Part shown: positions 51,962 through 62,520 of the stretch, one piece after another | Numbering within the stretch: position 1 is the stretch's first letter | How the letters are laid out: each line of letters begins with the position of its first letter | NCBI GenBank assembly: GCA_963815215.1 | Contig: CAWFFU010000003.1 | Span: 672,001 to 736,000 of the forward strand | Length of the DNA: 64,000 bases | Source of the DNA: an uncultured Trueperaceae bacterium | Lineage (GTDB): Bacteria > Deinococcota > Deinococci > Deinococcales > Trueperaceae | Direction: 5' to 3' | Made by a program: the position numbers and the translations under genes | Notes under the pieces: model-generated | Told to the model about the DNA's origin: nothing | What the model saw: only the letters and a program-made list of their open reading frames with translations | The model's database searches: none

Positions 51962-53401
51962 GTGCCCAAGGCGCCCCCGACGGCATTCGTGATCTTCGGC
52001 ATCACCGGCGACCTGGCGGCCCGCAAGCTGCTGCCGGCGTTGTTCGAGCTCCACCGGCAGGGCGCGCTCGACGAGGCGACGATCCTGGTCGGCTATGGGC
52101 GCAGCCCCCTGAGCGACGACGCTCTCCGCGCTCGCCTGCGCGAGGCGCTGGCGCGCCAGGCCGAGCGGCTCGACGAAGACGCGTGGACCTCCCTCGAGGA
52201 ACGGATCCACTACGTGCAGGGCGACTACGACGAGCCGGAGGGCTTCCGGCGGCTGGCCGAGCGGCTGCAGGCGTGGGGCCTGGACAACCGCGTCTTCTAC
52301 ACCGCCACCCCGCCCCAGACCTACGAGCCGATCGTGCGGAACCTGGCCGCTGCCGGCCTGCACGAAGCGGGCAACGGTTGGTCGCGGCTGGTGATCGAGA
52401 AGCCGTTCGGCGACGACCTGCAAACCGCCCGTGCGCTGAACCGGCACGTCTTGGAGCACTTCCACGAGGATCAGGTCTTCCGCATCGACCACTACCTCGC
52501 CAAGGAGACGGCCCAGAACCTGGCGGTGTTGCGCTTCGCCAACAGCATCTTCGAGCCGGTGTGGAGCAACCGCTACGTCGACCACGTGCAGATCACCATG
52601 GTCGAGCCCATGGGCGTGGAGGGCCGCGGCAGCTTCTACGAATCGGCGGGCGTGCTGCGCGACGTCTTCCAGAACCACTTGCTGCAGCTCGTGGCGCTGG
52701 TGGCCATGGAGCCACCGGCACGCTACGACGCCCATAGCGTCCGCAACGAGAAGGTCAAGGTCTTCGACGCGCTGCGCTGCGGCCGGCCCGAGAACGCAGT
52801 GCTGGGGCAGTACGTTTCGGGCAACGGCATGATGGGCTACCGGGAGGAGGACGGCGTCGACCCGCGCTCGAAGCAGGCCACCTTCGCCGCCGTGGAGCTC
52901 GAGCTCCGTAACTGGCGCTGGTCCGGGGTGCCGTTCTACCTCCGTTCAGGCAAGCGCCTGGAGAAGAAGGCCACCGAGATCGTGCTGCAGTTCAAGACGC
53001 CGCCCCACGTGCCGTTCGAGCTCCCGGCCCTGCTCAAGGCCGACCGGCTGGTGCTACGGCTGGTGCCGGACGAGGGCATCGTGTTGCGCTTCAACGGCAA
53101 GCGGCCCGGTCAGGGGATCGAGATGGAACGCATCAGTCTCGACTTCCTGTACGGCCGCAGCTTCGACCGCCCCAACCCGGACGCCTACGAGACGCTGCTG
53201 CTCGACGTGATGCTGGATGACGCCACGCTCTTCATGCGCGCTGACGAGGTCGAAGCCCAGTGGCGCGTGATCACGCCGCTACTCGACCGCATCGGCGACG
53301 TCGGGCCGACGCCGATGTTCTACGAGGCCGGCAGCATGGGACCCGACGCGGCCTACGCCCTGCTCGAACGCGAGGGGCGCTACTGGCACCGGCCCGCGTG
53401 A
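51962..53401 (+). CDS. zwf: glucose-6-phosphate 1-dehydrogenase
   Basis: FGITGDLA.RKL.P, EKPFG, RIDHYLAKE, RDVFQNHL, RW.GVPFYLRSGK. Confidence 0.96.
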   Translation: MPKAPPTAFVIFGITGDLAARKLLPALFELHRQGALDEATILVGYGRSPLSDDALRARLREALARQAERLDEDAWTSLEERIHYVQGDYDEPEGFRRLAERLQAWGLDNRVFYTATPPQTYEPIVRNLAAAGLHEAGNGWSRLVIEKPFGDDLQTARALNRHVLEHFHEDQVFRIDHYLAKETAQNLAVLRFANSIFEPVWSNRYVDHVQITMVEPMGVEGRGSFYESAGVLRDVFQNHLLQLVALVAMEPPARYDAHSVRNEKVKVFDALRCGRPENAVLGQYVSGNGMMGYREEDGVDPRSKQATFAAVELELRNWRWSGVPFYLRSGKRLEKKATEIVLQFKTPPHVPFELPALLKADRLVLRLVPDEGIVLRFNGKRPGQGIEMERISLDFLYGRSFDRPNPDAYETLLLDVMLDDATLFMRADEVEAQWRVITPLLDRIGDVGPTPMFYEAGSMGPDAAYALLEREGRYWHRPA

Positions 53402-53429
53402 GGCTAGCTCGGGCGCGTTCGGGCGCGTC

Positions 53430-53470
53430 TGTATGCGGCCCTGCATATTCACGATGCAGAGCCGCATACA
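53430..53470. repeat. 17-bp inverted repeat between zwf and arginase
   Basis: TGTATGCGGCCCTGCAT-N7-ATGCAGAGCCGCATACA (16/17 match). Confidence 0.8.
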
Positions 53471-53515
53471 CTTGCATCTACAACGTCCTGGACGACTCTC
53501 GTGCTATCTTCGGGC

Positions 53516-54400
53516 GTGGCACTCATCAGCATACTTGGAATCCCGATGGACCTCGGAGCCGGACGGCGAGGCGTAGACATGGGGCCGAGCGCCCTCAGAC
53601 TCGCTCGCCTCGCGGCCAGCCTGGGCGCGCTCGGCCATCAGGTGGTCGACCTCGGCAACGTCGAGGTCCCCGTTCCCGAGGCCGTGCCCAATGCCGACGG
53701 CCTCCCCTTCGCCGACGCCATCGCCGCGACCTGCACCGCCGCCTACGAGCGTCTGCGGGCACTCGACGACGGCTCGTTCGTGATCTCGCTGGGAGGCGAT
53801 CACTCCGTCAGCATGGGAACCGTGCCGGGGGCGTCGGCGGGCCGCCGTACCGGAGTGGTGTGGGTCGACGCCCACGCCGACCTCAACACGCCGGCGAGCA
53901 GTCCGAGCGGCAACATCCACGGCATGCCGCTCGCCCACCTTCTCGGCCTCGGCGACCCCCGCCTCACCGGGATCTGGGGCGGCGGCGCCGCCCTTGCGCC
54001 CGAGGACCTGGTGTTCGTGGGCCTGCGCAGCCTCGACGAGGGCGAGCGCGCCCTCATCCGAGATGCCGGAATCGCCGCCTACACCATGAAGGAGATCGAC
54101 CAGCGCGGCATCGCGCAGGTGGCCGCCGAGGTGATCGAACGGCTGGCCCATGTCGACAGGCTGCACATCTCGTTCGACGCCGACGCTCTCGACCCGGGCC
54201 TGGCACCCGGCGTGGGCACTCCGGTGCCGGGCGGCCTGAGCTACCGCGAGGCGCACCTGCTCATGGAGCTGCTGGCCGACTCCGGCCGGCCCACCAGCCT
54301 CGACCTGGTCGAGGTGAACCCGATCCTCGACAGCCAGAATCGAAGCGCCGCCATCATGGTGGAGATGGCGGCGAGCCTGCTCGGCAAGAAGATCCTGTGA
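53516..54400 (+). CDS. rocF: arginase
   Basis: DLGAGRRGVDMGP, GGDHS, DAHADLN, SGNIHGMP, SFDAD.LDP..APGVGTP, EVNP. Confidence 0.94.
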   Translation: MALISILGIPMDLGAGRRGVDMGPSALRLARLAASLGALGHQVVDLGNVEVPVPEAVPNADGLPFADAIAATCTAAYERLRALDDGSFVISLGGDHSVSMGTVPGASAGRRTGVVWVDAHADLNTPASSPSGNIHGMPLAHLLGLGDPRLTGIWGGGAALAPEDLVFVGLRSLDEGERALIRDAGIAAYTMKEIDQRGIAQVAAEVIERLAHVDRLHISFDADALDPGLAPGVGTPVPGGLSYREAHLLMELLADSGRPTSLDLVEVNPILDSQNRSAAIMVEMAASLLGKKIL

Positions 54401-54427
54401 GCGGCGGGCGGCGCCCGCCGACCCGCC

Positions 54428-55324
54428 TCAGACGGGAACGGCGCCTGCCAGCGCTTGGTGGATGCGCGGCATGAACTGGTTCAACGCGTCGTCGCCGGCG
54501 CGGATGGCGACCTCCGCGCGGTGGAAGTTCAGCCAGTGGATGGGCGGTCGGGTATGGACATGGAGCGACGCCTCGTCGCCCGCCTCATCCAGCCAGCCAT
54601 CGGCGGCGTAGGCCAGCGCGCGACCCAGCCTGGCGGCGATGGAGCGGCCGCTCCCCTGCCCCAACGACCGGTGCAAACGATGCCCTACCTCGGTATGCAG
54701 GAAGCGCCGTGCCGCGCGGATGGTGCGCGAGTCCTCCGCCTCCATGCCGGCGCCGATGCCGATCGAGAGCCCCACGTCGAGCCCGCGAAGGGTGTCGAGC
54801 GGGACGGGCGAGCCGATCCCCCCGTCCATCAGCCTGCGACCACCGATGATTACCGGGGCGAACACGCCCGGGATCGAGGCGCTCGCCCGCAATGCCGCGG
54901 CCAGCGGGCCGCTCGACAGCAGCACACGCTCGCCCGAGTCCACATCGGTGGCGACCACGATCAGCGGCCGTACCAGATCCTCGAACGAACGGCCCTCGAC
55001 CATGCCATCGAAGTAGGCCTCGAGACGATGGCCGTCGAACAACGCGCCCTTATGGAGGCCGAAGTCGGCGATGTGCGGGAAGACGTCCCGCCGCCGCATG
55101 GCCGCGGCCTCGACACGGAGCGACTCGGGACTCCGGCCGGAGGCGTACAGCGCCCCGATCACCGCCCCGAAGCTGGTCCCAACGACGATGTCGGGGGCGA
55201 AGCCGTGCCGCTCCAGGCTGGCCAGCGCGCCGATGTGCGCGTATCCGCGTGCGCTCCCGCCGCCGAGCGCGACACCCACGCGGTATCGCGGTCCGGCCGG
55301 AGCATGTTGTAGGAGAAGGTCCAT
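54428..55324 (-). CDS. patatin-like phospholipase family protein
   Basis: GGGSARG, GTSFG, ASASIPG.F.P, DGG motifs. Confidence 0.9.
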   Translation of the reverse strand: MDLLLQHAPAGPRYRVGVALGGGSARGYAHIGALASLERHGFAPDIVVGTSFGAVIGALYASGRSPESLRVEAAAMRRRDVFPHIADFGLHKGALFDGHRLEAYFDGMVEGRSFEDLVRPLIVVATDVDSGERVLLSSGPLAAALRASASIPGVFAPVIIGGRRLMDGGIGSPVPLDTLRGLDVGLSIGIGAGMEAEDSRTIRAARRFLHTEVGHRLHRSLGQGSGRSIAARLGRALAYAADGWLDEAGDEASLHVHTRPPIHWLNFHRAEVAIRAGDDALNQFMPRIHQALAGAVPV

Positions 55325-55417
55325 CGGCTCTCAGTGTACGGCGAAGGTCATGAGATCTTTGTCACTCGCCCCCCGCATACCCCGCTGCGGGCCCCGCGGG
55401 TGGCGGTGCGTGGCATC

Positions 55418-56308
55418 ATGGCGGGCGTGACGCCCGAGCTCACAGTGGTGGTGGTCCATCACCGCACCCCCGAGATCCTCGAGGCATGCCTCGAACGGCT
55501 GGGGCGGTGTGAACCGTCGGTCCGACGCGTCGTGGTCGAGACAGCACCCGACGAGGCCGTGCTGGAGACCCTGCGCGATCGTCACCCGGACGTGACGGTG
55601 GTGACGGCGCTCAACCACTCCTATGCGCACGCCGTCAACGTCGGGCTGAAGCTCGCCGACGGCACCTTCGTCGCCCACATGAACGCCGACGTGTACGTCG
55701 AGCCCGACACGTTCGCCCGCCTGGTCGACGCGCTCGAGCGACACCCCGGCGCCGGCGTGGCGGCGCCGCTGGCACGCACACCACAAGGACGACGGCAGGA
55801 CCACGGTGTGCTCTATCACCCGCACTACCTGCGACTGGGGCTACGACCCGGCGGCAGCGTGCGCGTGCCCTGGCTCACCGGTTGTCTGCAGGTCGTCCGG
55901 CGCTCGGTGCTCGATCGCATCGGAGGGCTCGACCCGAGTCTGCGCTTCTATAACGAGGACATGGAGTTCTGCCTGCGCGCCCGCGCCGCAGGCTTCCGCT
56001 GCCTGCTGGTCGACGTGCCGGTGCTCCATCTGGGCGGCACCGCCACCCCGAGCGCCGGCGCCTTCCTGGTCGAAGGCGTGCGCGGCGGCTACCAGCTCAG
56101 CCGACGCTACCTCCCCGCCCCCGCCCGGCTGGCCCACCGCGTCGCGCTGGCGACGTGGGGCTCGTTGGGCGGCGCGTTCGGGCGCGAGCCCGAACGCCGG
56201 CGAGCGCTGCGACGCATCGGAGCCATGGCGCGCAGCGGCCGCTTCGACGAGTCGCCCTTCGGCGACACGCTCCTGGACTTCAACGGTACGCACGGGCCGC
56301 GTCCCTGA
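55418..56308 (+). CDS. glycosyltransferase family 2
   Basis: VVVVHH, N..YA.AVN.G, NAD, GGLD....Y.ED.EFC.R; start 55418 or 55427. Confidence 0.85.
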   Translation: MAGVTPELTVVVVHHRTPEILEACLERLGRCEPSVRRVVVETAPDEAVLETLRDRHPDVTVVTALNHSYAHAVNVGLKLADGTFVAHMNADVYVEPDTFARLVDALERHPGAGVAAPLARTPQGRRQDHGVLYHPHYLRLGLRPGGSVRVPWLTGCLQVVRRSVLDRIGGLDPSLRFYNEDMEFCLRARAAGFRCLLVDVPVLHLGGTATPSAGAFLVEGVRGGYQLSRRYLPAPARLAHRVALATWGSLGGAFGREPERRRALRRIGAMARSGRFDESPFGDTLLDFNGTHGPRP

Positions 56309-56347
56309 CGATGTTCCCGCCAACATCGGCTATGGTAGATTGAACCC

Positions 56348-57199
56348 ATGACCGCCCTTCAGCGGCTGCCGGACGCGATCCGGCACGACCCCGTCTTCAC
56401 GTACGCGCTCCTCGCCGCGGTCCTGCTGGCGTTGGTCTCGCTCGCGACCAGCGTTGCCCGCCGCGACGTGGCGGTCCTGGCTCGCCCGCGCATCTTGCTG
56501 CGCGTCGTCGGAGCGGTGTTGGCGGCGTTCGCGCTGGCCTACCTCTCGGCGCTGCTCGCCCAGGCGTTCGGCCCTTCCACGTTCACCCGCGCGGTGGCCG
56601 GTCTCGAGCGCTTCCCGTTGGCGCTGGTGACGCTGGCCTACGGCCCCGGTATCGGAGTGGTGGCTGCGGCACTGGTCGCCGGACTGCAGGCCAACGGCTG
56701 GCTCCCCGGCTGGCAACAGGCGGTGTTCGCGCTCGAACTGGCCGTGCTCGGCTGGCTCGCCATCTATCCCTCGCCGAGGAGCAGCCGTTGGGCCGGGCCG
56801 TTGAACGTCGTGCTCGCCTACGCGCTGGCCTGGGGCACCGGCGGCCTGGCGCTCCTCGAGGCTCGCACGGGCTCTGTCACCCCGGCCGCCCTGTGGGTAC
56901 AGCAGCGCCCCGTCGTGCTTGGCGTAGCGGTCAGCGCTCTGCTGCTGGCGCTGGTCCCTCCCTCAGCGTACCGACGGGCCTTCCCGCAGAGCCGCATCGT
57001 GCCGGCCGACGCCGGCCGGGATCCGCGCGAAGCCATGCCGCCGGCCCCGTGGGATACGGCCGACCCAGTAGCGCGAGCGCGTGATCCCATGAAGCTCACC
57101 TACCCCGACCTCCCGCGCGCCATGGTGCGCGGGCGCAAGCGCCGTGAGCTCGAACCGCTTCCGCGCTACCTCGACGAAGACGGCGTCGACGCCGACTGA
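56348..57199 (+). CDS. integral membrane protein, possibly ECF S-component-like
   Basis: About 7 hydrophobic segments; RFPLALVTLAYGPGIGVVAA resembles the S-component pattern. Confidence 0.6.
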   Translation: MTALQRLPDAIRHDPVFTYALLAAVLLALVSLATSVARRDVAVLARPRILLRVVGAVLAAFALAYLSALLAQAFGPSTFTRAVAGLERFPLALVTLAYGPGIGVVAAALVAGLQANGWLPGWQQAVFALELAVLGWLAIYPSPRSSRWAGPLNVVLAYALAWGTGGLALLEARTGSVTPAALWVQQRPVVLGVAVSALLLALVPPSAYRRAFPQSRIVPADAGRDPREAMPPAPWDTADPVARARDPMKLTYPDLPRAMVRGRKRRELEPLPRYLDEDGVDAD

Positions 57200-57246
57200 G
57201 GGTGCGCGTCGCCGGCGCACGGCGGCGCATGGGCAGGGGGCCCGCC

Positions 57247-58265
57247 TCAACCCTGCCGGGCGACCGGCCCAGGCCTGGCACAGGGCACGCTGAAACCGAA
57301 GGCGTTGCCGAGGCCGCCGCTCTCGCGCCCCATCCCCTCAGCCCCTTCGACGGCGCCGCGGGGGCCGCCCCAGGCCTCGCCTCCCCAACGGCGCGCGATC
57401 GACTGCACGATGTACAGGCCCAGGCCGGTTCCCTTCGCCTTGGCGCTGCGTCCCCGCGAGTGCGGCTGGAACAGCTCGTCGACGCGCATCGGATCGAGCG
57501 GCTCGCCCTCGTCCCAGACCTCGATGCGCGCCATGCCGTCCTCGGCGCGGGCGACGAGCGTCACCGTGCCGCCGTCCGGACCGTGAACGGCGGCGTTCTC
57601 GAGCAGGTTGATGAGCACCTGCAGCAACTTGTCCTCGTCGGCCCAGAGCTCGAGTTGCGGTAGCTCCGTGAGCAGGCGCACGCCGGTCCTGTGCAGAACG
57701 GGCTGGACGACGCCGGCCGCCCGCCGCGCCACCTCCGTGAGTAGCAGGCTGCGCTCGCGGGGCGGCCTCACCTCGACAGTGAGGTCCTCGAGCAGCCGTA
57801 CCAGTCGTTCAGACTCCTGCGTCGCCCGCCCCAGGAAACGCGTGCGAAGACCGTCGGGAGGGTCTCCCGACAGGGCCTCGAGGGCCGCCCGGATAGCGGT
57901 CACCGGCGTGCGCAGCTCGTGCGACAGGACCGCCAGGAGCTCGCGTGCGTTCGCTTCGGCGCGTCGCAACTCGGTCACGTCTCGCAGCAGCAGCGCTCCG
58001 CCGACGGGCACCGCCTGGATCCAGCGACCGCGCGTCTCCAGCTCGACCGCACGCCGGGTCTCCAACGCCGCCTCGAGCCGGTGGTCGCGCAACACCCAGA
58101 TCAGGGGCAGCCCTGTCACCCGCGCAGGGTCCACCTCGAGCAGCTGTGACGCCGAGCGGTTGACGAACGTCACGCGCTCGCCGTCGGTCAGGACCACGCC
58201 CTCCTCGAGGGCGTCGAGCAAGGATGCGGTCGCCGGCGGGGCCGCCGGTGGGGCCGTAGGGCCGG

Positions 58266-58269
<4 letters not shown>
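57247..58269 (-). CDS. phoR: cytoplasmic PAS-containing sensor histidine kinase (PhoR-like)
   Basis: SHELRTP H-box, QVLINLLENA N-box, GTGLGL G-box; no TM; coupled to the response regulator and divergent from phoU. Confidence 0.8.
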
Positions 58270-58943
<674 letters not shown>

Positions 58944-58997
58944 CGGCCCGGCCGGTCGCCCGCGTTGCGCTCCATGCGCTCATGATACGAAGCGCCG

Positions 58998-59057
58998 GTC
59001 AGGTGGGCGTCAGGCCCGGCCACGCTCACGCGCCGCGGACCTGACCGAAGGCTGACC
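58998..59057. promoter_or_regulatory. PHO-box-like 11-bp-period direct repeats, one pair per divergent promoter
   Basis: Minus strand CCTGAC at 59014 and 59003; plus strand CTGACC at 59041 and 59052. Confidence 0.6.
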
Positions 59058-59097
59058 GCCGTGTGCGAGGCTGTACGGTATGATGCGGCCGTCCATC

Positions 59098-59736
59098 ATG
59101 ACGCAACTGGACCAGGATCTCCAGGACATCAACGCTTCGCTGGTGCGGATGCTCAGCCAGGTTCGCGAGGGATGCGAGCTGGCGCGCTCCGCGCTCATCG
59201 ACTCCGACCTCGCCGCGGCCGAGCGTTGCGTGCTGAACGACGAACGCATCGATGCCATGCAGGCGACGCTGGAACTGAGGATCCTCACGGTGATCGCCCG
59301 GCGGCAGCCGGCGGCGCGCGACCTGCGCTTCCTCGGCGCCGCCTACCAGTCGCTGGCGGACATCGAGCGCGCCGGCGACTACGCCGAGCACGTGGCGCGC
59401 GCGGCCGTCAAGCTGGCGGAGCGGCCGCCTCTGAAGAAGTACCTGGACATGCAGCGCATCCTCGAAGTGCTCGGCAGCATGATCGACACCACCATGAAGG
59501 CCGTCGCCGAGACCGACGTCGACGCGGCGCGGCGGGCGCACGCCATGGACCGCGAGATCGACGAACTCTACGAACAGATCCAGCGCGAGCTGCTTACCTA
59601 CATGATCGAGGATCCCGAGACGATCGGCCGCGCCACGCAGCTGCTCGCCGTGGCGCGCTACCTCGAGCGACTCGGCGATCATCTCGAGAACGTCGACGAG
59701 CACGTCATGTTCTGGCTGACCGGTGAGCGCCCCTAG
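59098..59736 (+). CDS. phoU: phosphate signalling protein PhoU
   Basis: D..ID, ARRQPAARDLR, DIERAGDYA, LERLGDH; start 59080-59098. Confidence 0.93.
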   Translation: MTQLDQDLQDINASLVRMLSQVREGCELARSALIDSDLAAAERCVLNDERIDAMQATLELRILTVIARRQPAARDLRFLGAAYQSLADIERAGDYAEHVARAAVKLAERPPLKKYLDMQRILEVLGSMIDTTMKAVAETDVDAARRAHAMDREIDELYEQIQRELLTYMIEDPETIGRATQLLAVARYLERLGDHLENVDEHVMFWLTGERP

Positions 59737-59793
59737 CGCCGCGCGCGCCCGCAGGAATCCTTTCACGACCTTAGGACCCGCGCCTCGTGTAGG

Positions 59794-60724
59794 TTGAGTA
59801 CCGTGCTGGGCCGCGATCCCATCCAGGAAGGACCGATCCTCGGGGCGCCACGCCATCCGCGCGCGCCCGTCGCGGAGCTCGTGCCTGCGCCCGTGGCGCC
59901 GGCCGCGCCGACCTCCGAGCCGGTCGAGCCGCGCGGGCGCCGTCGGCGTTGGCTCGGGAGCGCCTTCGTGGTGGCGTTGCTGGCGTTGCTGGGGCTGAAC
60001 TGGTCGGCCGCCGTCACCGGCCGCGCAACACCACATGCCGCCCTGATCTCCGGCCTCGAGCAGGCGGTCAACGCCCTGCGCGGGCCGCCCCGGATCGGCC
60101 TACAGATCGGTCACCTCGACGCCGGCGCCATGCCCCGGGAACTGGCGAAGCTCCGTACCTCGACCGGGGCCACCGTCGGTGGAGCTCGAGGAAGTCCAGG
60201 TCAACCACGCGGTGGTGCGCGCCCTGGCAGCCCGGCTCCGGCAGGACGGCTTCAAGGTCGACGTCTTCGACGCCACCGTGCCGCCGCACTACCGTGCCGA
60301 CCTGGTGCTGGCGGTGCACGCCGACGCCAGCACCGATCCCAGCCGAGAAGGCTACAAGAGCGCTCACTTCCTCCCCCTGCGCAACGGCCGCGATCCGCTG
60401 CTCAAGCTCGACATCGATCGCGCCATGCTGGCTCGGAGCCCTCTGGGTGATGATGATCGCAACGTGTCGCTCGACATGCTCGAGTACTACGCCTTCAACG
60501 CCCGGCGCTTCCGGCACGCGATCGCGCGCAGCACGCCGGGCCTGATCGTAGAGCTCGGCTACCTCAGCAACGCCCGTGACCGCGCCTACCTGGAGCGCCC
60601 GCAACGGGCGGCCCAGGCGCTGGCCGTCGGTGTGGTGAGCTACCTTCACGACGTGGGACGGATCCCGGCCGGAGAACCGAAGCCCGGGTCGGAGCGGGCG
60701 TCCGCACCGGCCGCCGCCCCGTGA
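59794..60724 (+). pseudogene. N-acetylmuramoyl-L-alanine amidase (Amidase_3), frameshifted near 60184 (pseudogene or sequence error)
   Basis: Frame 1: TM then RIGLQIGH...STGATVGG; next frame: LEEVQVN...LAVHADA...IVELGYLSN; one extra base joins them. Confidence 0.75.
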
Positions 60725-61317
60725 GCCTGCGCCTGTTCCTGGCGCTGGAACCCTCCGACGACGTGCGCCACGAGGCCGAACGCGCCGAACGTCATCTCGC
60801 CGACGCGTTGCCGGCGCTGTCGGCGCGGTACGTGCCGCCGCCCTCCATCCACCTCACGTTGGCGTTCCTGGGGCAGGTCGAGCTCGCCCACCTCGCCGGG
60901 GTGGAGCGCGCCATCGCCGGGGTGGCCCGCAGCGCGCGCCCGCTACGCTGCGTCACGGCGGGCCTGGGCGCGTTCCCGGCCGCCCGCCGCCCCAGCGTCC
61001 TGTGGCTGGGGCTCGACCAGGACGGGACCGAACTTAGCCACCTGCAGCACGACCTCACGCGGGCCCTCGGTCCCGTTCTCGAACGCGACGACCCCGAGCG
61101 CTTCGTTCCCCACCTCACGCTGGCGCGCGTCTCCGGCCTCGGATCCACGCGGCGCGATGCGCTCGCCGCCGCTCTGGACACCTTCCCCGCCGGCAGGGTG
61201 GCGTGGCGTGTCGACGAGCTGGTGCTGTTCCGCAGCGACCTGGGGCCCACAGGCGCGCGCCACACCCCGCTGTCGCGGCTGCCGCTGGCCGCGCCGGCAG
61301 GGACCGCCGGCGGCTAA
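60721..61317 (+). CDS. thpR: RNA 2',3'-cyclic phosphodiesterase (2H family)
   Basis: RLFLAL, two HLTL motifs, GAFP, LFRS.L. Confidence 0.9.
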   Translation: MSLRLFLALEPSDDVRHEAERAERHLADALPALSARYVPPPSIHLTLAFLGQVELAHLAGVERAIAGVARSARPLRCVTAGLGAFPAARRPSVLWLGLDQDGTELSHLQHDLTRALGPVLERDDPERFVPHLTLARVSGLGSTRRDALAAALDTFPAGRVAWRVDELVLFRSDLGPTGARHTPLSRLPLAAPAGTAGG

Positions 61318-61384
61318 CGAACGGCTCGGCCTCGGGTGGTAGCGCGCGAGCCGCGCCTCCGCCCGTGGTAGCATCCGGCCCAGC

Positions 61385-62117
61385 ATGACCTTGCTGCAGG
61401 AGACGTCGGGGACGCTGATCAACATCGGCACCGTGCTGCTGGGATCGGCGCTCGGCCTGGCCCTGCGGGGGAGGCTCCCGGAGCGCATCGTCACGGTGGT
61501 GATGCAGGCGATCGGCCTGGTCACGGTCTTCATCGGCATCGACAACGCCTTCGACCTCACGCGCGTCGACCACCCCCCTGGGATCATCCTCGGCCTGATG
61601 GCGCTCGCCCTGGGCGGCGCGCTCGGCGAGTGGTGGCACCTGGAGGAAGGTCTGGAGGCGGTGGGCGCCGCCCTGAAGCGTCGCTTCCGGGGGCAGGGGC
61701 GTTTCACCGAGGGCTTCGTCGCCGCCACCCTGTTGTTCTGCGTCGGGCCCCTGACCCTCATCGGCAGCATCCAGAACGGTCTCAGCGGCGAGACCAGCTT
61801 CCTGCTGCTCAAGGCCACCCTGGACGGCTTCTCGTCTCTGGTCCTCGCCACCACCTTCGGATTCGGCGTGATCTTCTCCGTGCTGGTCATCGCCGTCTAC
61901 CAGGGAGGGCTGTCCCTGGCCGCCGGGCCTGTTCACCACCCTCATCCCCGACCCCGCGCACGACCCTCGTGTGCTGCTGGTCAACGGCGTCGGGGGTCTG
62001 CTGATCGTGGCGTTGGGGCTCGGCCTGCTCGACATCAAGCGGGTGAGGACGGCCGCCCTGCTGCCGTCGCTGGCGTTGGTAGTGGTGTTCTACTACGTCG
62101 GTCTGCTGTTCGCTTGA
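61385..62117 (+). pseudogene. DUF554-family membrane protein, frameshifted near 61927 (pseudogene or sequence error)
   Basis: GTLIN..TVLLGS, GF..ATLLFCVGP, K..LDG, YQG; removing one G in GCCGGGCCTG restores LFTTLIP...GGLLIVALGLGLLDIKRVRTAALLPSL to TGA 62117. Confidence 0.78.
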
Positions 62118-62195
62118 AGGCAGTCCGCTCGCAGGCCCTGCACGGAGCGCGGGACAGAAGCGCTCTGCGCGGCGCGCCGTGCTAGCATCGCAGCC

Positions 62196-62489
62196 ATGAG
62201 CGCCCACGACGTGGATATGGAGCACCTGGAGCGGCTCGCTCGGCTGCAGCTGGAGCCGGACGAAGCCGACCTCCTCGCCCGCGACGTCGCCGGGGTGCTC
62301 GAGTACTTCGATCAGCTCGCCGCCGTCGACACCGAAGGTGTAGACGAGCTGGTCCGTCCGGTCATCCCCGCTCGCTCGCACCGCTCCGACGTGGTGACGC
62401 CGTCGCTCGACCGGGAGCGCGTCGCGGAGCTCACCAACGCCAGCCAGGACGGCTTCGTACGCGTCCCGCGCACTGTCGACGAGGATTGA
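62196..62489 (+). CDS. gatC: Asp/Glu-tRNA amidotransferase subunit C
   Basis: HL.RLARL.L, VL.YFDQL..VDTEGV, R.D, F.RVPR. Confidence 0.9.
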   Translation: MSAHDVDMEHLERLARLQLEPDEADLLARDVAGVLEYFDQLAAVDTEGVDELVRPVIPARSHRSDVVTPSLDRERVAELTNASQDGFVRVPRTVDED

Positions 62490-62520
62490 GCCTAGCGGCG
62501 CTCGACGCCGAAGCCTCGGC

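Noticed and set aside
60170..61935. Programmed ribosomal frameshifting in the amidase and DUF554 genes
   Set aside because: No slippery sequence or stimulatory element; a simple indel is more parsimonious
62196..62489. Isolated gatC as an orphan or pseudogene
   Set aside because: The ORF is intact with its own -10; dispersed gatC/gatA/gatB genes are known in this lineage
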